From Phoronis australis (lineage: Eukaryota; Animalia; Phoronida), in contig NMRA01000681.1 in the NCBI GenBank assembly GCA_002633005.1, positions 107,857 through 171,856 of the forward strand: DNA of 64,000 bases, read 5' to 3'. Made by a program: the position numbers and the translations under genes. Numbering within the stretch: position 1 is the stretch's first letter; each line of letters opens with the position of its first letter. Positions 53,900 through 64,000 of this stretch are shown here, one piece after another. The notes below the pieces were generated by a model. That model was not told the DNA's origin and ran no database searches. It saw only the letters and a program-made list of their open reading frames with translations.

Positions 53900-56088
53900 A
53901 CAAATCTTAAACAGTGTTCTCTCGCATAGGAGGGGCGTGTGAAGTAAAATTTTCAACACCTATCTGTTGACCAGTCGCAATGGTGATAGTTTGTTTTAGA
54001 GGCAATTTAAATTCAAAATTTTTCAAAAGCCTGGCTTTGGGCCAACATCATTATGAGAAAAAGAGCAAACTCTGCCCAGTGACAGAAGGCTGACTCAGCG
54101 CTACAAACGGTCATGAAATTCTGGTACCAGGCCCAGTTTTGGTCAGTATCTAACGACCTAGGTTCGTGAAAACTTAAAAATGCATTTCTCCAGCTATTAG
54201 CAGTTTAAAATAGAAACATGAATTAAGTCACATGGTTCATTAAATAGGTCATAATATTCCTTATGGTGACAGGACTAATTTCCTTTTGCCAGTACGAACG
54301 TCGAAAAAATCAGCAACAAGAAATCGTTTCAGATTTTATTAGGGTTGGCCAAACCTAAAATTGTACGCATGGTCTGTGACTTGAGTTGCCGGCTCATTCG
54401 GCAACAATTCAAGATGGGATGGTAATGTTTTTCAACGCCAAAGTGCTTCGGTTGAAACTTTTAACATTGACAGCCAAACAGCGGTGAATTTCCCCAAAAA
54501 AGGGACGCGGAACCATTTTTGCTGATTTCGATTAAAATTGGTCCAGTCACATGCAACTGTACAATTAGTACTTCTTGGAGTGTACTTTTTCTAAAACACT
54601 GTATTTGTCGCAACGTTGAAACCTGCGCTTAGAGGTGTTCCTTGTTGTCCCACAGCTTTGATGAAATCGCCAAAAGCGTTATTCATACTTCCGGATTTAG
54701 TAGATTTTGTAATTAGTTTTGTAATTTGTTCTTAAGTTTTGAAGGGTAACAGAGCAACGAATTTGTTATAATCAAGATAGTCAACGGTTTACAGCGATTT
54801 TTTGGACTTTCCAAAGTAGATAATGTGAAACTATGTTTTTTTCAAAGATTGCATATTTCCAAATACGAGTTTTGAAGCAAAACATAAGCTAATTCTTTCA
54901 AATTCAGCTTTCGAGCCATGTTGAAACATGTTAATGAAACGAATGTCGATCAGAAATGTGTCGTCACGCATTTTCCTTTTTCCGAAAACACTGGAGTACG
55001 TTTTGTGTTAATGTTCTATGCAGGTCAAGCCGAAGTGGCCTACGTCAAATTAACACAAATCAGTTGCAAGGAATCAACAAACTCCGCATCTGCTCCTCGG
55101 TGTTATCGTGTGTACGTAGGATAGGAACGATAACTTGCAGCAAAACAGCGGTTACCACATCAAAACGTATACCGAAACAATGGTGACGCTGTTTGGGATT
55201 ATAAAGAAAAACAAGAACAACTTTTCTGTACATATGCACCGGGAACTTCTGATAGTTTAGCTTCGCCGTTTATTCGGCAGTTAAGCCCTACTCACAACGG
55301 TACAATGCTCATAGAATTTGGTCTCAAGTACGTTCGACGAAAGGAAAACCGGGAAAGGGCTTGCCTTGGTATGTCTCGCAGACTGCACGCAACTCGGCTC
55401 CCATGCACTTGATCGTGACGTCATAGAAAATACGCAAGGAAATTTGATCTAAAACCGTTGCACTGAAAAAGCCAAAAACTGCTCAATTGAGCTATGCTCT
55501 GTTTTTCATAAAGTCTTGCCTTGCTTCACTCGCTGATACTGTTCATGTAGGAAAACCCTACAAATCAAAAAAAGAAAAAAACACTGAGGCTCTGAAAGTT
55601 GGCCCATGGACATGACGTAATTGCAAACCCTCTATACCAACGCAAATATTTAATGTTTTTTCGCTTTATTCACCACCGTTATTAGTCGCGCAAACGACGT
55701 TTTGGGGGCACGAGGGGCGAAGGCCATAAAGTACTGCATCAGAGCACCAGCAGTTGATCCGCAAACAATTTCTTTTGTGGTACACAGGCGGTCACGACCA
55801 AACGAGAAGAGGTTATCGCGACGCACAGTTGCGAAATTGTTGTTAGAGGACCTTTTACTTTTCTCTACCCCCCCCCTCCCTATGTATGGGCGGGACCTCA
55901 ACTGTCGATAGAGGGAAACGTTCGCACCGGTCGCACCCCCTTAGCTACGCACATGGAAATTAGGACAAGACGCCCTGAAAGATATAAATTGATTTGACCT
56001 CACTGGTATATTAACGACGTGATTCGCATAACGTATGTGCAGTCACATCGAGTTTGGTTGTGACAGCTTCGTTATTTTGATACTCAAA

Positions 56089-59000
56089 ATGTGTGAGGAA
56101 CAGGCAGACGGAGCTAAGAAATTGATGGTTATGATAAGCGTGGATGGGTCTGAGAACGCTGCCACAGCATTTGAATGTAAGAGAACATCGATACGTGTGT
56201 TAAATCGGCTGCATTTTCGTATTGAACTTGACCTCCAACCACATGTTGGGTTGTTTACGATTCGTGAATGACGGTGGAAGACGTGGAAGTTATCGATCCA
56301 TTGTTAAGTCGCAATTATACTGCTTTAACCTCCCCCTACGATCCCTGAATGACGGTGGAAGAGACTTGGAAGTTGGCGTTCCACTGTTAAGTCGAAATTA
56401 TACTGTTGTGTAGTTTCCTTTAAGCCCCNTTATTTGCAGCATAGAAGAGACGAATCTTGGTGGTGCCTATGAGGTGCCAAATTGGCGACGACTGGGGCAT
56501 TGTTGACCGAGAGTGAAAGTGATGGTGATCTGGGGACGGAAGCGACGGGGTGTGACGACAAATGGTTGAAAGTATTGGCGAAAGCGTCGGACTAGAGTTT
56601 GAAAAAGCTGAATACACCTGTGCATCCCCATTCCCGTTAATTTTTGCCTCGCTTAGGTTCCTCACCAGAAGACACACAGTTGCGCTGGACTTTAGAAGGT
56701 GGTATCACTTGTCGTTGATTGGTTGTTATTCCAGGCGCAAATTGGGGCTTGATTCAAGTTTAGTTCCAAGTTCATAGCATAACGTTTTATTAACGTAAAC
56801 TGCGAGACTTGTGATATGGGTAGAACAGTGTTCTTAGCAGTTCTTGCAGCAATCATTGGAAACTTGGTACGGAGATATATCTGGACTTTTAAATCTTTTC
56901 AAACATTCTAAATGACTATATTAAGAAAGGTTGCTCTCATTGTCTAATATCTACAAGTATTTTAATTCATAATGTAGAAAAAACATGAACAGCCTATTAA
57001 AATCACGGCGTTTCACGCCGCCTGTGAACACCACATGGTCTATTCTATGTTTGTCCGCTTCTGCAGGGTATGCTGATAATATTCATCAAGATGGATATGA
57101 AATCATTGTGTTCAGTGCAGCCGAATCCCCCAACAGAACCCACACAATGGGTTTTGGAGGTAACTTTTATGACGTATTTTGTAATTATTATTAGCACCAA
57201 CAACTTGGTACATGTTTCAGCCGCTGTATTATGACCAAAGATACTTGCCGAACATTATTCTCTGCCAAAACCAAAAAGCTATTAAAGTGATTCTTTTATT
57301 TGATTTTCGGTTTAATCTTGAGTTCAGTTCACCAGTGACTGGTCGAAATGCATCTACATGTACATTGTTCACTTGTCCTGAGGCAAGTTGCCAGTCTAAA
57401 AGGGCAAGTGCAGACGAAGAGCCTCGAATGAAAATTATGTCAGCTCACGAACCATGACTGCGGCAAAATAAACCGGCTCAATAGCTATAGTTCACTTGAG
57501 GACGACAGCTCCGTATTCGCCTAAACATCTGTGTACTCGTCCTAAAAGTTTGTGTATTGAACCCCGGCGCAGTAATCCAGTTACGTAATGCTGGGCAACA
57601 CTGCGTAATCGCATTAGCGTCTAGACGGCTGATTACGGCTCGTGACATAATAGTACAAGCTGAAAACCACTTCTTGTGAAATGGTGTGGGCAGATTACCT
57701 GACCTGACGTATCAACTAGACCCAAACCAAGGTGACCCATGAATGCTCACAATCACAAAAGCCACATGGCGTGTACAACCAAACCGAACAGGAAGTGTAT
57801 ACAGTGAATGTGTACACAGACCTTGGTTTATGTCCAAAACGTTCAAAATTTGTTTAACGGAGAAATTACCACATGCAACATTTAGGCCCACAAGTCTATA
57901 ATCGAAACGATTATTTGCAAGTTTAAAATAATCGATTCATTTTAGCGTAAGAACAAGCGCTGAAATTCGCTCAAATACAACAAAATCCCATAAATAGGCC
58001 CATAACTATTTGATCGATTTTGTGTGTGTCCCTTGTTCAGGTGCATGATTGAATCTTTACATTTAAAAAATTATTCATGGTATTCACAAATACAAGTATA
58101 TCGTAGGCCTCCGCATTAATAGGTTTACAAATTAGTTAAAATAACAAGAAACCGATAGAGCTCCACCAGGTAGCATTCGGGAACATGCCTGCCGAAAAAT
58201 CCCCGTTTGCAAGCGTTGGTTTGAGGCAAATAAGTTGAAGGTGTTGGCATTATTTCATCAATTTCTCGATGTTTTGTCCTTTGAAGCACACATAAATAAT
58301 TGGTGACTAGTCAATAAAGGCTGTTAAGACATCTCTTTAAGTGTTTACACTGCCACTAAGTGAACTCTAAGTGTTTACACTGCCACTAAGTGAGCTCTAA
58401 GTGGCTGGTGCATGTTTCAGGTCACTTGCAGGGCATCCAGATTTTGAGAACCAATTTGATGAACGTTATGTAGCGGTAACATATTTCTCAAAATGCGGTA
58501 CCTCTGCAAATACCTCCCCTCACAAAAATCCCTTGTGCTTTGAATATTTCGCGCCTTCATTCACTTCATACATTTATAAAATTTAAATTATAACGAATAT
58601 TAATAGTTACTAATTTGCTTCTAAATGGTCAAACATTTTTTTTTACCTTGTTTTTATCTATTGTAAAATTTGGTCATTATAAGTTCTGGCTAGTTGTTTC
58701 TCTGCTTGTTACATTTTCAAGAGTTTTGAATTTTAACATTAATTATGTTACCTATTGACACTGAAACACTATAATATTATAAGCTTGCTTTTAGGTTTTC
58801 CTCAACTATTTCGCATGAGGAGAAATGCGACATAATTGTGACACAGACACAATTTCACAAACAAGTATGAGGCTAAATGGTTAGCATTTTGGTAGTCAGA
58901 ACATTTTCGCAAACTTGCAACTTTATTTACAAGACGTTTCATATGCTTCAAGTTTGAATTCTCGGTGTTCATGATTGCATTCTATTTCAGCATCGTTTGC

Positions 59001-60263
59001 TTTCCCAGAACAAGAGTGGCAAAGAATTACGCAAGAACACATCGAAAATCTAAAGGAACTCCAACGTAGCTATGAGTCGAAGCTTAAAAGTCGTAAAGTA
59101 AGTACATGTTTTTTCAACAGTAATTACCCTCGTTAAAGGATGGAAGTGGGGTTTATTGCAAGGCTTTTGAGTGACTACATGCGAGAGTACAGGACTGTTC
59201 GTCTTCGGAGCGTGTTCGACAAATGGCCATATTATTATTTATCAAGAAAGTTGAGTCAAGCTATGGCAAAACTTATCACAACTCATATAATGTTTAAGGT
59301 ACTCACCATTCATAATAGCGAACTATCGAAATACATATCGGATTGAAGCTGCAGTTCGCCCTGTTTAGCTGACTGAAGAACGAAGATCGAATTAGGCCTT
59401 TTGCTCTCATAAAATTCTAACCACGATAGGATTATATATTTGTTACCAACAAGAACATCAAAACGATCTGACTCGAGAAACGGATTCAGAGTTTATTGGA
59501 GTTGACCAACCCTAAAATGGCGAATTGGAAAATCGGCATGTACGCATTTCATGTGACTTGAATTGCCAATTAAAGAGAATCCTATCACAATGAGGAATAT
59601 CATGTGACGTATTTTATGACAGTAAAAAGGCCTCGCTTAACAGGACGAAATGCATCTTTAAGAGACTGAAAATTTATGTTCTTCATTTATTAGCAAACTT
59701 GTTGCTTTTATTTCAGTTCTTATTTCACGTAAGAGTTGCATTTGGGCAGAACGATGTACTAAAGACGATACAATGTTTTTGTATTCTTGAAGTCTACAGG
59801 GATATGTCGCTCAATTTTCCTTTTAGTCTAGTCGTTGAAGGGCTAGTTTTGCATTTTTGATAGGGGAATTTTCAACGCATAGCCGTACATGCGCGTTTCC
59901 ATGGGAATTTTATCGTTGTTTTGGTATTTCAGAGAATACAGTTAGGCCCTATGATGTTATCAATTTGTACGTGTATGTAGACATTTTTGCCCATTTATGC
60001 CATCGCTTGAAATTGTCCGCAACAATTTTTGTTATTAATTTCAGATGCGTGGTAAAGTGGTCATTTACCGGGCGGACTCCAGTGGGCAGGCAATATGCGA
60101 TTACGCCAAGAAGCACGGAATAGGAATGATCGTGATGGGAAGTCGCGGCCTAGGGGCAATACGTCGCACCATGTTAGGCAGTATAAGTGATTATGTACTG
60201 CATCACGCGCACATTCCAATACTAGTGATTCCTCCTACTGACCGGATGAACAACAAGTGTTGA
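56089..60263 (+). CDS. Universal stress protein family gene (USP-4); exons 56089-56176, 57067-57159, 58991-59097, 60045-60263 (168 aa)
   Basis: MCEEQADGAKKLMVMISVDGSENAATAFE|WYADNIHQDGYEIIVFSAAESPNRTHTMGFG|ASFAFPEQEWQRITQEHIENLKELQRSYESKLKSRK|MRGKVVIYRADSSGQAICDYAKKHGIGMIVMGSRGLGAIRRTMLGSISDYVLHHAHIPILVIPPTDRMNNKC*. GT-AG introns, 88+93+107+219=507 nt. An alternative in-frame ATG lies at 56035. Confidence 0.93.
58338..58403 (+). repeat. Tandem repeat, ~2.2 x 30 bp
   Basis: Unit taagtgtttacactgccactaagtga(a/g)ctc. Confidence 0.9.
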
Positions 60264-62917
60264 CCATCAAACCTAGAGTAGATTGCTTAGTTGTCGCTTA
60301 CAGTAACAGAGTCACTGCACGGTGTAACACGAAATGATTGATGTCGTAAGCGCTACACATTTATAGATTATCGATTTCTGCAACTCGTCTAGGGCCCGTT
60401 TTATCAAAGGTCGTTTGCCTAGTCGTAGCTAAGAAGTCACGTTCAAGTGGTCGCCAGTGATTTCTGGGCTCAATAAGAACTGGTAGTTGCATATTGTTTC
60501 AGACCAGGTTCATGAAGTGGCTGCTTGTCCACAGATTAGTTTCAGATGTCGAATCATGGGCTCCAGGGGAATTCCAGGCGTTTTTCAACCAATTTCAATT
60601 ATTGTAAACGATAAGTATATGATGATGACGTTGATTTGGAAGTGGAAATGTGCCTGTGAAGAATATTGGTTACGATCATCTAAGCCACGACTAGACCTAT
60701 ACCTTTTGATGAAATGAACCCCTGTTCTGTTGTAACCAGAATTTCCACAAACAACCGCCCCCCCCCCCCCNNNNNNNNNTGGGTCCACAATTATATTTTT
60801 TGTGTTTTCCAAGATGAGAAATATCAGTGCCGTGTTTAATCAATATGTCGCTTTGGTGTTTATTCTACTAAATTGCAATACTGAAAGTGGCTTTCTGCCA
60901 CTGAAACAGATTTCAATCTGCTCACCAGGTATTTTTAGGGTTTGTTCGTAAAGATTTTTAATTTCTGTTAATATCTAAGTGTTTTCTTTTAGTTTCAAAT
61001 TTAAAAAAATCTCCTTATTTGGTATGGCAAGACATAGGCGTAGCACATTTCCCTAATATGGAAAATGTGACCTTTGACTCAAGCGAGTGACTGTGAGCGC
61101 ATGCGCGCATTTATCATAAGTATAAGCTAGATTAAAAACTATGTGGTAACCACAGATTTTTTCCTTCGCGCGTATTTCAAAAATTGTTAATTTTGTGTTT
61201 TTTCTGGAAATTTCCTCACAGGGGAAAGTGAATTACTCTGTAGTACACGCTGCGAGATGGTACTTTGTCACAAATTGTTTAAAAGATATTTTTGACGATC
61301 TTTCGCGTTCAATGCCTTTTTCATAAATCAAAACATAGTCAAAACTCTAGCACTGAAACTTGCACAGCTAGGGTCGGACACCGGTTCTCGATGTCAGTAC
61401 TGCACTGAATACTGAAACCAAAAATACCGGTACGCAGCATCGAAGCGAAAAGTACTGGTTACTAAACTGATATACCTCGAAAACTGTAAGTGCGGCTGGA
61501 TTTAATATGTCCTTACTTTGTTTTCCAATTCAGTCTACTGTAACGTGAAGCTAACCCAGCGTGCATACTAAATCCTATTTTGGCAAGTTTACAAAGATGT
61601 GAGTCTTACACCTGCTGACACATCATTTCTATCTTTTCAGAGTGATAAAATCAAGAAACAGCACTCTTCCGTTTGAACATAAATTGGATTTTACATTTTC
61701 AAGTAACCGGGCTCTCCTCAAACACGTCGTCTAACTTGCCTAAAGTGTTAATCGACCTTGCCGCTTTAGTAAACTTTATAAGGAATTTTCAAACTTGTTC
61801 CAAATTTTTGAGAATTGGCAACGTTAACGTGGAATCGCTTCATTCAAAAGATTTAAAGAGATACTAAACACGATTTTCGCCTATTAATAAATATTGACAA
61901 CGACTTTCCCATCAGCTCTCTAAAATAAATGATCTTGTTTGAATCAAATTTTGAGAACTCCTTATAAAGTCTCCAAAGCCAACAAGCATGACTAAATTTT
62001 GAAAACTCCTTATTAAGTCTCCTAGTAAGCTGACAAGCGTTATGGTGACTGAAGCTTTAAGCGAGTTACATGACCACTTAGGAGAAACACCGCCCACCAA
62101 GAATCATAAGATCCATTCTGTGACAAAGTGAGCAAGTGTGTAGAAGATTCCTGTTATCATTATTCAAGTGAGGCGCCAAATGAAGCATTAGCAAAGAACA
62201 GAATAAAGATTGGTTAAAATTACCAAGTCGTAGCTAGTAGCTGTCAATAGGCCAATTTCGGGTTTAGTGTCCTTTTAACCAACGGTGGGAACCTCTTACC
62301 GACTCCCTAAATGGATGGATGTCCTAATTTGCCAGCGGCTCGCCCCATCAAAGAGTCGAGCACACTGGGGGTTAAAAGACCTAACATATCCAAAATTTAT
62401 TTTACTCTGAACTCGGTATCGAAAGACAATCTATAACGAGTAGACAGATGACACCACTATCGGTATCGGTACCTACCGATTTTCAAACACATGTACCCCA
62501 ACCTATGCATAAGTGTTGAAAAAAGTGAAAGTGAAACTAACGTTTCTTGACAAAACGTCGATATAAGTCTGCATACTGCGCTTGCAGTTTGCTACTTTGT
62601 TTCAGTGAAGGTTAAATGATCTGACAAGATAAGCACTAGACTTGTGTGTTCAGAGAAAATTATGCAAATAAAGAACTGCTCGTCAAGCAGTTGGCAGCCA
62701 ATATATATGTGAATTGTGACAGGTTTTACAAAACACTGGCCTGAACTGTTTATTGTGTTTGACTTTTATGATATTACCAATAAACATTTCACTTCTGGTA
62801 ACACTTAATTTTCATATCTGCACCAAAACATTCCTGCCTGTGTCAGAGGTTTATTACAAAGATGCTGTCTATGAAGGGTCCTCAAACGAGCACCTTTCTA
62901 CGCGTTGAAATGCTTTA

Positions 62918-62989
62918 AATCAACGTGTAGTTTTGCTTGAAATCAACGCGTAGTTTTGTCTAATTAACGCGTAGTTTTACCTAATCAAC
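62918..62989 (+). repeat. Short degenerate tandem repeat (~21-23 bp unit)
   Basis: aatcaacg(t/c)gtagtttt repeated three times with variants. Confidence 0.8.
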
Positions 62990-64000
62990 TTTTATTTTTT
63001 AACGATTATAGTTCAGATCGTTTCCAACGAGCACATTTACACGCTGAATGAGTTATTTGTTATGTCCAATCAAAGACAAGTTTACATTCAGTATGTAGCG
63101 GTGCCACCATTTACATGGTCACTTGATAAGAATCTGCAACATTCTTCTTAAAGAGTTCCCACCATGCATTTTCTTACTTTTTCAGGTTTCAGTTAGCTAA
63201 TATGAATCGAATACCATAAAATCTTGCTAAATAGGCACGTTTTATGCCAAATAGTGGCAACTTTTTTAATTTTGAAGAAAAATTACTTATTTCCCGCCAA
63301 ATGATGCAATGGGTGGAATACGGTTGGCCGCTTGACAATCATTTGCAATGTCGGAACACTGCAGGTCAGAAGACAATGACAATATTACGCGAGAATTGGA
63401 CAATTATTATGCAGACAAAGATGAGAGTGGATACGGGCACTTGTACTCAAGTACTTGAAGAATCAGACAATGAATTCGATTTCCCATTTAGTGAACTTTC
63501 GTCGGGTTTCAGGCCGTATGAACTCGACCCACTTGCACGAAAAATGACGTATGTGAGCCACAACCAACTCTACCAAGTGGTGGTCACTACTCACAAAATA
63601 GACACTTAATAATTACTGACAAAGGCCACAGCCAACCTGGGTTATTCGTATTCACTATTGCCGTGATGGAATGAGCACAGTCTAAACACAATATGCAGTC
63701 GATCTCGGCCGGGGTCCAGGGCCTGGCATCACTCGCCCTAGAATGGAAGCAGTTTGTTCGTCAGTTATTTACAAAATGTGCAAATGTACTTACTTGGTGG
63801 TGAGTCCTTCATTGTAACGCCGCTTTTGTGTGTGGTCGAAACACGATTCTTTGAAATGTGCCGATCAAAGTGTGGCTTACGCCAAACTGAATCGCATGTT
63901 CCACACTGACACTCCACACTCTTGTTCGGCGCACAATCATGGGTGGCGCAGCACTGAAAAAAGTGGGGGCTAAACTCCCCCCCGCCCTCCCCAGCCCTCC

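Noticed and set aside
1219-60263. Bacterial contamination or recent horizontal transfer of uspA
   Set aside because: The genes have GT-AG introns at conserved positions and lie among animal-type genes and MITEs.
63244-63609. 121-aa ORF as a real gene
   Set aside because: No recognisable domain. The RPYELDP stretch only faintly recalls transposon accessory proteins, and no Cys-rich domain follows.

Overview
AT-rich eukaryotic (invertebrate-like animal) genomic DNA with spliceosomal introns, many short DNA-transposon derivatives and several assembly gaps. The main content is a tandem array of four + strand universal stress protein (USP, UspA-like) genes. The ORF track shows only fragments of them, so I reconstructed the exons by hand. 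USP-1 is partial (last two exons), USP-2 and USP-4 are complete, and USP-3 lacks a recognisable exon 3 but has a candidate 18-nt microexon. All four keep the G-x2-G-x9-G-S ATP-binding motif, and the junctions that could be reconstructed follow one intron-phase pattern (1,1,0). Between USP-1 and USP-2, on the - strand, lie a single-exon GT31 beta-1,3-galactosyltransferase-like gene and a three-exon MADF+BESS gene. Two near-identical duplications flank N gaps and are probably uncollapsed haplotypes. All gene models are manual predictions with no transcript support.
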